Source: a virus
IMG/VR virus record: IMGVR_UViG_3300045988_171102
Length of the DNA stretch: 64,000 bases
Reading direction: 5' to 3' (one strand)
A program made the position numbers and the translations under genes. Shown here in pieces: positions 36,448 to 45,782 of this stretch. The stretch's first letter is position 1, and every line of letters begins with the position of its first letter. The notes under the pieces are model-generated. The model saw only the letters and a list, made by a program, of their open reading frames with translations, was not told where the DNA came from and made no database searches.

Positions 36448-37002
36448 ATGACATTGAATAATTTAGAAAACAAACAGAATGATTGCCGTAATTATGAAAC
36501 AGAATCATTTTTAATTGGTGTTGATGGTTCATTTAAAATACATACTGAACCTCCTACATCAAGTGCAATTGAAACAGTGTTTGAAATAATGCGTACTGAG
36601 GATGAAAAAATCGTTTATAACATAGAGAGACTGTTATACTTTAATTCGGAACAAGAAGAAGCTATATTTTGGCAGAAATGTATTGATAGTTTGATTAATT
36701 ATGTCGGTAAAGGATTAAACTATAATTTTAAAAGAATCCCTATTATGCCACTTGCCTATTCACAGAATATGTGTTATGTGATTAACCGATTATTAAAACT
36801 CGTAATAGACAACGATAATATGCAAAATCAAACTTTTAATACTGTAGCATCTTTAGCAAATTGTTGCTTAACTATTTTGCAAGATAAACGATATGATACC
36901 ATTGAAGATTTGATTAATGAGGTATCAATCTGTGTTCTCGTGATGTTAATTTCAACTAATCTTGATTTAACTAATCTTGATTTGCAAAATATAAATATTT
37001 AA
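36448..37002 (+). CDS. hypothetical protein
   Basis: ORF in track; AAAGGAA SD-like sequence upstream. Confidence 0.5.
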   Translation: MTLNNLENKQNDCRNYETESFLIGVDGSFKIHTEPPTSSAIETVFEIMRTEDEKIVYNIERLLYFNSEQEEAIFWQKCIDSLINYVGKGLNYNFKRIPIMPLAYSQNMCYVINRLLKLVIDNDNMQNQTFNTVASLANCCLTILQDKRYDTIEDLINEVSICVLVMLISTNLDLTNLDLQNINI

Positions 37003-37082
37003 AATTCAATAATAGTATTGACAGGAGTGTGATATTTAATTAATTACAATAGGGGTGTTACAGCATAGCTAAGTCAACAAGT

Positions 37083-39959
37083 ATGGCTCAAAGCAAAGCT
37101 GTAAATATACCGTTATTGGACGGTAAAGATGTGTATATTGCAAATCATTATATTAACAATAGTTTGAACGGATATACACTTAGAGACAAATTTGGTGACT
37201 TAAATATAAAGAAATTTGTCGCCACAATGGATTATAGTTTAGACTTAATTAAATTGAATGATGTTTACAAAGAAGTGTATCGAAATAGAAATTTTTATGA
37301 ATATGTTGGCAGAAATAAAAAATATACAAGGCATGTTATAAATGTCACTTTTAAATACAGCAATAAACTTTACAATCGGGCTGGTTCAGGTTTGTATATT
37401 AAATTCGGTTACTCCCCTACCGAAGTTATATTAGAAAATAATGCTTGTATTAAAGATGGTACTTTAATAGCTATTCGAGTATTGCCAGATGGTAAAGAAA
37501 AAAATATTACAGAAGATTATCTTGTGAAGTCTCCCCTTTCACAAGAAATCTTAGGTGAATATTTTTTTTATGATAAAGAATTATCTGTTTATAGAGCTAA
37601 AGATAATATTGAGACATTAACCTCAATTTCTGACATTAGAACTGATTTATATGAAAATGGTTTTGTTTGTGACGGAATTAAGTATGTACGATTTAAACGC
37701 AGTAGTGGTAGCAGTCGTGTAGGTAAATGCCTATTTATTGACGAAAAATTATACAAAAAGATGCATAAATGGGAAATGTGTGGATTAAATGTAAAGAATG
37801 GTGTTAAATGTGATTTGGCGAGTCTTGAGCCTTATATAGCATTAACTCTTTCTTCTATCATAGACACAATAACCATTGAACCAAATGAAATTCTTGTCAT
37901 CCCCGATTATGAAAGCAAATTTACGACAACTTGCGTTGCTACAGAACTTGATAAGGATAATAGACTTATTTCGTCAGCAAAACAAGTTGATATGTCAAAT
38001 AGTATTTGGGATGGACAGTCCTTATTAGATGTTAGTAAATTTGAGGACTACAAAAATTATGGTATGTTGTTATTGCGTACACGTTTTTTTAAATCTGCTT
38101 GTTTTAATACTAATATTCAGCAATGGTTTACTGATAACGGAATCACTGACATATCGCAATTAAATGGATATACTCAAGCCACAAAATTGTCTGATATTAA
38201 ATTAATTACTACTCCAAGCAGTATTAAATATTTAAAATTTGGTTCTTTAGAAGATTGGCTATGGACAATTGAACCACAATTTGGTGTTGTAAAACATGAA
38301 AAGCCTACTCATTATTTTGATGGTAGAATGGTTCAAACACATTATCAATTGCTTAATACTTTACAATTGACGAAAGATGAAGTAGAGAAATTTATTCAAC
38401 CTACAATTGACTATATTATGAAATTGAAAACAGACAGTGCTGTATTTAGGCATCACATTAAATATTCAATTCCTGAATATACAAATGCTGAATCTCAACA
38501 ATTGGCGAATAAAAATGATATTGTATATTACTTGCTTGGACTAAATAATAAATTTAGCCAAACCAAAATGTACAAAGACTTTTGTAATGAAACTGTTAAG
38601 GCATTTGTTAAAAACTGTCGCAAGGGACATATCTTCGTACATGGTAATTATTCAACACTATTTGGCAACCCTATCGAAATGCTACAAAGTTGCATTGGAC
38701 GATTTAATGGAGAACCTAAAATTAAAGCAGGCACAGTACATTGTACGATGTTTAATAATGGTGATAAGTTAATAGGAAGTCGTTCTCCTCATGTTACAAT
38801 GGGAAATATTTTATGTTGTCAGAATGTAATATATGAGGACATTAATAAATATTTTAATTTAAGTAATGAGATAGTATGTGTCAATAGTATTCGTGATAAT
38901 TTATTAGAGAGATTAAGTGGTTCAGATTTTGATTCTGACACTGTTTTGTTGACAGATAATAAAATATTATATCAAGCTGCAATTCGTAATTATGATAATT
39001 TTCTTGTACCGACAAAATTAGTGTCAAGTAAAAAATGTGAGCGTAGATATACGGCACGAGATAAAGCTGAACTTGACATTAAGACAGGAACAAATAAAAT
39101 TGGAGAAATCATTAATTTATCTCAAGAATTAAATTCTAAGTTATGGGAATTAATTTATAACGGATATGATATACAATCAAATGAGGTACAATCACTTTAT
39201 GCTGATATTGCACAATTAGATGTGATGAGCAATTTGGAGATTGATTCAGCTAAAAGAGAAAATCCGGCAAACAATTCTATGGAGCTTAAATTATTAAAAG
39301 CTAAATATGCTGTATATGATAACAAAGGTAGATATGTCCGACCACTATTTTTTAAATATTTGGATAAGTATAAGGGGTATGACAATAATCGAAAACATTA
39401 TCGGCTTTATAATACTACGATGGATTATGTCGAACTTGCTTTAAATAAAATACCTCGTGTAAGAAATAATGCTCCCCTTTTAAATTTATCAGACATTTTT
39501 AAATCATCTAATGCAATTGATGGACAAGTGTATTATGAACAAGTTGAGCGTATATTGTCCGCCATTCAAGATACTAAAGACGAAATTGGTCATTTGTGGT
39601 CAAAGTATAAATCTAAAACTGGGAATGTTAATAAAGGTGAAGATGCTTTCTCTTATGAGCAGTGTTTAAAGATGACAGAAGAAGCAAAAGAAGATTGCGT
39701 AGAATATATTAATTCACTTAAAATTTCTAAAAAAACAATGCGTTATCTTTTATCTTTAATCGAAAAACCCACACATAAAAATTATTCAGCATTATTTTTA
39801 TCAGCAATATTCACTTACCACAATATAAATTTTGATGAATTAGTTGCCGATAGTCAAGAAAATGTATTTCAAATTAAAGAATGTCCGATAGAATCAGAAC
39901 AGTATGACATTAAGTTATATGACTTTAATTACCGATATGTAAGTAATGTGAATACATAA
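37083..39959 (+). CDS. YonO / cellular RdRP-like single-subunit two-barrel RNA polymerase (putative)
   Basis: RSPHVTMGNILCCQNV ... LSGSDFDSDTVLLTDN resembles the catalytic block of RNAi-type RdRPs and their phage homologues (DxDxD metal loop). Confidence 0.65.
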   Translation: MAQSKAVNIPLLDGKDVYIANHYINNSLNGYTLRDKFGDLNIKKFVATMDYSLDLIKLNDVYKEVYRNRNFYEYVGRNKKYTRHVINVTFKYSNKLYNRAGSGLYIKFGYSPTEVILENNACIKDGTLIAIRVLPDGKEKNITEDYLVKSPLSQEILGEYFFYDKELSVYRAKDNIETLTSISDIRTDLYENGFVCDGIKYVRFKRSSGSSRVGKCLFIDEKLYKKMHKWEMCGLNVKNGVKCDLASLEPYIALTLSSIIDTITIEPNEILVIPDYESKFTTTCVATELDKDNRLISSAKQVDMSNSIWDGQSLLDVSKFEDYKNYGMLLLRTRFFKSACFNTNIQQWFTDNGITDISQLNGYTQATKLSDIKLITTPSSIKYLKFGSLEDWLWTIEPQFGVVKHEKPTHYFDGRMVQTHYQLLNTLQLTKDEVEKFIQPTIDYIMKLKTDSAVFRHHIKYSIPEYTNAESQQLANKNDIVYYLLGLNNKFSQTKMYKDFCNETVKAFVKNCRKGHIFVHGNYSTLFGNPIEMLQSCIGRFNGEPKIKAGTVHCTMFNNGDKLIGSRSPHVTMGNILCCQNVIYEDINKYFNLSNEIVCVNSIRDNLLERLSGSDFDSDTVLLTDNKILYQAAIRNYDNFLVPTKLVSSKKCERRYTARDKAELDIKTGTNKIGEIINLSQELNSKLWELIYNGYDIQSNEVQSLYADIAQLDVMSNLEIDSAKRENPANNSMELKLLKAKYAVYDNKGRYVRPLFFKYLDKYKGYDNNRKHYRLYNTTMDYVELALNKIPRVRNNAPLLNLSDIFKSSNAIDGQVYYEQVERILSAIQDTKDEIGHLWSKYKSKTGNVNKGEDAFSYEQCLKMTEEAKEDCVEYINSLKISKKTMRYLLSLIEKPTHKNYSALFLSAIFTYHNINFDELVADSQENVFQIKECPIESEQYDIKLYDFNYRYVSNVNT

Positions 39960-40071
39960 AAATAGCTCATTTTTTGCAAAAAACGGCAAAAAACTAAGTT
40001 TTTTAAATTGAAATCTTCAAAAAAGCCAGTATTTAAGCCATTTTTTATAATAAATAAAAGATGTATATGGT

Positions 40072-40102
40072 AAAGAGAGTGAACCTCCCCATCACTCTCT
40101 TT
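40072..40102. other. 11-bp stem hairpin without a U-tract, in the RNAP-downstream intergenic region
   Basis: AAAGAGAGTGA-ACCTCCCCA-TCACTCTCTTT. Confidence 0.6.
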
Positions 40103-40131
40103 AAATATAATTTAGAAAGAGTGATTTATTT

Positions 40132-40332
40132 TTGTTTCCTATTACAAAGGAAGAAAGTATAAAAATCAGAAAGAAATATCCTGAAGCAGAAATCAGAAGA
40201 ACTGTTAAGCAGAAAAGTAAGAGGCATAAATATTTTTGTCCAGAGATAAAAAAATATCTTGTATTAATCAAAGATACGAATGAGATAGCTTGTTCAATCT
40301 ATACACGAAAGAGAAAATACTTTAATGCTTAA
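40132..40332 (+). CDS. small basic hypothetical protein
   Basis: ORF in track (TTG start); overlaps the next gene start. Confidence 0.45.
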   Translation: MFPITKEESIKIRKKYPEAEIRRTVKQKSKRHKYFCPEIKKYLVLIKDTNEIACSIYTRKRKYFNA

Positions 40333-41653
40333 TCCAAAATATCAGCAAAAGCCTAATGAAAATTGGCGTGATTATGGAATTAGGTTGATTGGCACATTAA
40401 TTGAACAGAGACCAGATGATTTAGAATGGCAGGATATAGTAGATGCTTTAAATTTAAATATACATAGAGATAGCTTGAGGAAAGCTCAAAACACGGAATT
40501 TGGCGGTTATGCTATTTACAAGTATATGTTAGATAAAATTGATAAACTTAGAGCAGAAAATCAAAATTGCACAACTGACGAAGATTATCTTGCAAGCATT
40601 AAAGAAGAACGAAGAAAACTTGAAAATGAAAAATATAAAATTCGTGATGAACGCAGTGAACTAAGACGATTACAAAGAGAAGAATCTCGTAGAGAAAGCT
40701 TTATTGATTTAATTAAACGAGTATTAAGTGACAATATAGAACCTTTGCCCTATTCGGCTTCTAATTCAAATAAATGTGAATTGGCAGTTATGGATAAAGG
40801 GGTTAAAGATGTAGATGAGTCTACTTTGATTATACCCATTACAGATGTACATACTGGTATAGTATGTAAAAATTCTTGGAATAGTTACAGCTCTGAAGAA
40901 CTGATATGTAGATTACATTCATATTATCAGCAAATATGTGCTATTCGTAAAAGACATAATGCTCATAATGCTGTTATTGTGCTTGGTGGAGATTTAATTA
41001 GTGGTATAATTCATAAAAATTTACGGATAGAGAATAATGAAAATGTTATTGAACAATTAAAATTAATTTCTATTTACTTGACAAATTTTGTTAAAGATTT
41101 ATCAGAAGAATTTAAAGAAATTAAAGTTTATTCTGTCAATGGAAATCATTCACGAATAATGGAGAATAAAGAAGAAGCACTAAAGGGTGAAGAATTGGAT
41201 GCGTTAATTCCGTTTTACATGAAGGCATCGTTACAAAATTTCCATAATGTACATATATTCACTGAAAATTCAACTGATGATACAATGGTTGCTTTTAAAA
41301 TTTATGATAGATTATGGTACGCAGTACATGGAACATATGACAATCCGGCAAGTGTTGTTCAGAATTTGACAATGATGACAGGACTTAAACCTGACGGTGT
41401 TTTAATGGGGCATAAACATACTAATGCTCTTTTGAGTGTACATGATACTAAAGTTGTACAAAGTGGTTGTTTATCAGGTGTGGATAATTACGCAATTCAA
41501 AAAAGACTTGCAAACACATCTGAACAATTTATAGTAGTCAGTACACCTAATAGTACAATTGAATGTTTATATGATGTTCAATTAGCAGAACCTTCTGTAC
41601 AAAAAGCGAAAACAACAATTATAAATTCAACGAAAGAAAAGAACGAGTTATAA
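40325..41653 (+). CDS. calcineurin-like metallophosphoesterase with a charged coiled-coil N-terminal extension
   Basis: Motifs ITDVHTG, GGDLISG, GNHSR and GHKHTN. Confidence 0.7.
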   Translation: MLNPKYQQKPNENWRDYGIRLIGTLIEQRPDDLEWQDIVDALNLNIHRDSLRKAQNTEFGGYAIYKYMLDKIDKLRAENQNCTTDEDYLASIKEERRKLENEKYKIRDERSELRRLQREESRRESFIDLIKRVLSDNIEPLPYSASNSNKCELAVMDKGVKDVDESTLIIPITDVHTGIVCKNSWNSYSSEELICRLHSYYQQICAIRKRHNAHNAVIVLGGDLISGIIHKNLRIENNENVIEQLKLISIYLTNFVKDLSEEFKEIKVYSVNGNHSRIMENKEEALKGEELDALIPFYMKASLQNFHNVHIFTENSTDDTMVAFKIYDRLWYAVHGTYDNPASVVQNLTMMTGLKPDGVLMGHKHTNALLSVHDTKVVQSGCLSGVDNYAIQKRLANTSEQFIVVSTPNSTIECLYDVQLAEPSVQKAKTTIINSTKEKNEL

Positions 41654-41669
41654 CAGCTCGTTCTTTTTT
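41639..41669 (+). terminator. intrinsic terminator
   Basis: AAGAACGAG-(9 nt)-CTCGTTCTT followed by a T-run. Overlaps the stop codon. Confidence 0.55.
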
Positions 41670-41704
41670 CTATTTTTTAGTGTAACAAGTAAGGTGGTGA
41701 TTGG

Positions 41705-42697
41705 ATGCCTGTAAGAAGTAAAAAGATATGTCTACTTGACTATGATAAACTAAGCAAAGTTAATTCTGAAACGCTTAAATTATACAAGAAATATGAAGCT
41801 GATATGGCTATTCGAGAATTGTCCAAAAAATCTATTGCAGTGTATTACAATGACCTTGTTAATTGGTGGATGTACATTTATGACTATCAGGATAATCGCT
41901 CAGTCAAAGAAATTAACGAAGATGACATTATTGAATTTATTTACTTCTGTAAGCAGAATGGTAATAACACAGAAAGAATAAAGCATAGAATGGCTTCAAT
42001 TTCAGCTTTTTATAAATTTTTAAGAAAAAGAAAATTAATTGTAGAAAATCCAATGGATTATGTTGACCGTCCAAAAAAAGGTCAAGCTGTTGTTAAGCAG
42101 ACTTTTTTAACTGTTGAACAAGTAGATACAATGAGAAAAGTCTTAAAGCAGAAGATTGAGGATAGTAAAAATAAATCCTTGCGTTGTAAACATGACTCGA
42201 TTATGTTGAGGGTGTATGCAGAATTTTCGCTTATTACAATGGCAAGAATAAATGCTATTGCTAATTTGCGTTGGGAACAAATTGATTTTGCTGAATGTGT
42301 CGCAAACGATGTTATTGAAAAATTAGGCAAAATTGTAAGTTTGTACTTTGATGAGAGCACTAAAGAGTATTTGATTGAATTACAGAATTTCAGAAAAGAA
42401 AACAGAATTAACGATAATGGATGGGTGTTTTATTCTATGGCATCGCAGACAGGCAATCACTTATCAACAACAGCCTTATCTGATATGTGCAAAGAAATTG
42501 GACAAATGATTAGTGTTCCTACCCTACATCCACACGATTTTCGTCATAGTGGTGCTACTTTATACAAGAATGCAGGAATGTCATTAGAAGAAGTTTCTCA
42601 CTGTCTGCATCATGAAAGTACAGAAGTTACCCGAAAATTTTACATCAAAGAAAATGACACTGAATTAAGAGCGAAAAAGAATCAGTGTCATATTTAA
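41705..42697 (+). CDS. tyrosine recombinase (XerC/D- or integrase-like), second copy in the window
   Basis: MARINAIANLRW (R), HPHDFRHSGAT (HxxR) and LHHES...RKFY (H...Y). SAM-like N-terminal domain. Confidence 0.8.
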   Translation: MPVRSKKICLLDYDKLSKVNSETLKLYKKYEADMAIRELSKKSIAVYYNDLVNWWMYIYDYQDNRSVKEINEDDIIEFIYFCKQNGNNTERIKHRMASISAFYKFLRKRKLIVENPMDYVDRPKKGQAVVKQTFLTVEQVDTMRKVLKQKIEDSKNKSLRCKHDSIMLRVYAEFSLITMARINAIANLRWEQIDFAECVANDVIEKLGKIVSLYFDESTKEYLIELQNFRKENRINDNGWVFYSMASQTGNHLSTTALSDMCKEIGQMISVPTLHPHDFRHSGATLYKNAGMSLEEVSHCLHHESTEVTRKFYIKENDTELRAKKNQCHI

Positions 42698-42713
42698 AGG
42701 GCGGTGAGCGTTA

Positions 42714-43853
42714 GTGGCAAACAATACAACTACCAAAACTCAGCGTGAATATAAATGTAAAATATGTGGAAAGTCATATAAAAATATTACAGGCAATTTT
42801 TATAAATCTGCTAATTCTTTATATTTCATTAGTAATAATGGCATTATAGATGTGTGCGTAGATTGCTTAAAGGAGTTATTTAGTCAATTAAGTAAAAAAT
42901 ATGATTCTGATAGAATGGCACTTATTGCAATTTGTGCTTTAACCGATTGGTATTACGATGAAAGTGCATATAATACAGCGATAAAAAATCGAGAAGAATT
43001 TAGTATTGGTGTATATGCAAGACTTATGAACACTGTTAAGTATAAAGGAAAAACTTTTATTACCAGTGTTGCAGAGAAAAAACTGGGGGAAACAACCATT
43101 CAAATGGTTGAGCAGACTCATGATGTGGGTTGGAATGATATTGATAAAAAGAACAGAGATACTGTAATTGAGATTTATGGATATGATCCATTCCCTGATA
43201 ATGATTTTTCAGATAAAAGTAGAAAATATTTATTTAATACAATAATAGATTTTCTTGATGAAGAAACTCAAGAAGATGCTTTCAAGAAATCACAAATCAT
43301 TCAAATTGTTGTTAATAACGAAATGATTCAAAGGTGTAATGCAAAAATTGCTTCACTTGATGAAACAAGAGATCTTGAGCAAATTAAAAACTTAAGTAAC
43401 ATTATTACCTCGAAAGTTAATGATAATGATAAAATCGCAAAAGAAAACGAAATCTCCGTTAGAAATCGTAGTAATAAAAAACAAGGTAAAGGTACATTTA
43501 CAGATTTGCAAAAAGAATTAAGGTTAAAAAACTTTGATGAAGCAGAAGCAAATTATTACAAGCAATTACAATCTGAGGGCAGTGCATGGGCTGTTAATCA
43601 ATCTATGCAAGCAATAAAGAAAAATTCCTTTTTTGATGAAAGTGACCAAAAAGAAATTGTAGATATACAAAGAGAACTGATAGAAAAAAAGGATAAGGCA
43701 TTAGATGATGCTTTAGAAGAAAACAGATTATTGTATGTAAATATTGAGAAATATAAATCTCAAATAAAGGAACTTGAAAATAAAAATAGCGAACTTAATG
43801 AAGAGTTGACAAGCTTTAATAACAAACATAATACAGGTGATGACAATGAGTAG
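42714..43853 (+). CDS. putative terminase small subunit (zinc-ribbon N-terminus, coiled-coil C-terminus)
   Basis: Lies immediately upstream of, and overlapping, the large terminase gene. CKICGK...CVDC. GTG start. Confidence 0.4.
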   Translation: MANNTTTKTQREYKCKICGKSYKNITGNFYKSANSLYFISNNGIIDVCVDCLKELFSQLSKKYDSDRMALIAICALTDWYYDESAYNTAIKNREEFSIGVYARLMNTVKYKGKTFITSVAEKKLGETTIQMVEQTHDVGWNDIDKKNRDTVIEIYGYDPFPDNDFSDKSRKYLFNTIIDFLDEETQEDAFKKSQIIQIVVNNEMIQRCNAKIASLDETRDLEQIKNLSNIITSKVNDNDKIAKENEISVRNRSNKKQGKGTFTDLQKELRLKNFDEAEANYYKQLQSEGSAWAVNQSMQAIKKNSFFDESDQKEIVDIQRELIEKKDKALDDALEENRLLYVNIEKYKSQIKELENKNSELNEELTSFNNKHNTGDDNE

Positions 43854-45678
43854 TTGTCAATTTATTATGTCTGAGCGTAAACGCAGAATTTGTGAATTAG
43901 ATGCTAAAAGTATTGCTTTTTATAGAAAAAACCCATGTATAGCTTGTGAAGATTTACTTGGTATCAAGCTTATAGATAGCCAAAAGTACATATTGCAATC
44001 TATATGGAATGCTGGTCATTCAACATTGTGCTGTTCCAGAAACTTCGGAAAATCTTTTCTTGGTGCAGTATTTATGCTTTTAAAAGCTATCTTATATGAA
44101 AATCAAGCAATTTATATTGTATCTTCTGTTGGTGATCAAGCTAAAGAAACCTTTACTAAAATTGAAGAGATTGTTCTTAACACAGGTAAAACTGCAAATT
44201 CTATTAGAAGTTTGAAATCAATTGTAAAAAATGAAGTTGTAATTACTCCACCTTCACAAACAGGATTTTCACATTCAGCCAGTGGTTATCATGTTAAATT
44301 CTTTAACGGTAGTGAAATTTATACTTTAAACTCGAAACCAGATAACAACAGAAGTAGAAGAGCTACCCTTGTATTTTTTGATGAAGCAGCGTTTTGTGAA
44401 GATGATCTTATTTTAGTTTGTGAAGCATTTGCGACACAGAATATGGATTTTGAAACTTCTACTGATGAATTGTACAACCCTAAAACAGCAAAAAGGCAAT
44501 GTCCAACACAATTAGTTTATGCTTCTTCTCAAGGCGGTACTGATACGGTGTTCTATAAACATTATAAAGAGTTTGCTAAGAGAATGATTGCCGGTGACAG
44601 AGATTATTTTTGTTGTGATATGGATTGTATGACAGCTATCAATGTGTATTTAGATGGCAAGAAATGGACTCCTCTTTTAACTATGGATAAAGTTGAAGCT
44701 GCTTTAAAAGGTAATAGACAAAAAGCATTAAGAGAATATTATAATCAACCAATTGTTGATGGTGGTGTAAATCAAATTGTCAAAAGAGGTATGATTACTC
44801 GAAATGAATCTTTTATTTTACCGACTTTATTTAGAGACGGTAAGAACAAATATGTTTTAGCATTTGATCCAGCTCGTACTTTTGATAACAGTGTAGTTAC
44901 TGTAATGGAAGTTTGCTATGACAAAGAAATAGGATACTATGGTAAAATCGTCAATTGTGTTAATCTTGTAGATTTAGGCAGTAAACGAGGATATAAGTTA
45001 GATTCAAATAAACAGGTTGATATTATTAGACAAATGTTAATTGATTATAATGGCGGCGCTCCTGATTATGAGTATCTATACAAACTTTTAATTGATGCTG
45101 GTGCTGGTGGTGGTGGTCAACAGTATGGCGATAGATTATTGCAATCTTGGACTGATGTCAACGGCAAAAAGCATAAAGGGCTAATAGACGCTGATTATAG
45201 ACTGTTTGAAGGATATGGAGATTTATACCCAGACAATATAGATAAACTTGAATTAATTGATCCAAGAGCTGAAAAGCGGATTATGGTTGAAGAAATGATT
45301 GAAATAGTATCAATGGATTTGATTAAATTTCCAAGAGAATATTCAGGCAAAGGCTCAATTAGAGTTTATGAAAGCAATGGTGGCGGAGAAGAAAATGAAG
45401 AAAGTTATAAAGATATAATACTATCTGATGAGCAAGAAGCAGCCTTGTATAACATTGATAGTTTAAAAACTGAAGTAACTTCTATTCACCGTTTTACTAA
45501 TAATTCAAGTAAAAATGTTTATTATGCTTTGCCGAAAGATAAAGAAAATAAAATGCACGATGACCGTTTTTATACATTCATTATGTTGTGTCATTTTTTG
45601 TACCAATTAAGACGAGAAGATAATTTTAGTTCGGTAATGAATAGTGATGCATATACTTTTCAACCTTTGTATGATTGA
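43837..45678 (+). CDS. terL: terminase large subunit
   Basis: Walker A CSRNFGKSF, Walker B LVFFDEAAF and nuclease-domain LAFDPAR. Confidence 0.8.
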   Translation: MMTMSSCQFIMSERKRRICELDAKSIAFYRKNPCIACEDLLGIKLIDSQKYILQSIWNAGHSTLCCSRNFGKSFLGAVFMLLKAILYENQAIYIVSSVGDQAKETFTKIEEIVLNTGKTANSIRSLKSIVKNEVVITPPSQTGFSHSASGYHVKFFNGSEIYTLNSKPDNNRSRRATLVFFDEAAFCEDDLILVCEAFATQNMDFETSTDELYNPKTAKRQCPTQLVYASSQGGTDTVFYKHYKEFAKRMIAGDRDYFCCDMDCMTAINVYLDGKKWTPLLTMDKVEAALKGNRQKALREYYNQPIVDGGVNQIVKRGMITRNESFILPTLFRDGKNKYVLAFDPARTFDNSVVTVMEVCYDKEIGYYGKIVNCVNLVDLGSKRGYKLDSNKQVDIIRQMLIDYNGGAPDYEYLYKLLIDAGAGGGGQQYGDRLLQSWTDVNGKKHKGLIDADYRLFEGYGDLYPDNIDKLELIDPRAEKRIMVEEMIEIVSMDLIKFPREYSGKGSIRVYESNGGGEENEESYKDIILSDEQEAALYNIDSLKTEVTSIHRFTNNSSKNVYYALPKDKENKMHDDRFYTFIMLCHFLYQLRREDNFSSVMNSDAYTFQPLYD

Positions 45679-45782
45679 GAAAGGAGTGATAAAAAATAAG
45701 CATATTAGATAAATTATTTGGCGGTAAAAGAGAAATAAATGATAATCTAAATATAAAAAATAATAAGCAAGATAATAATGAA

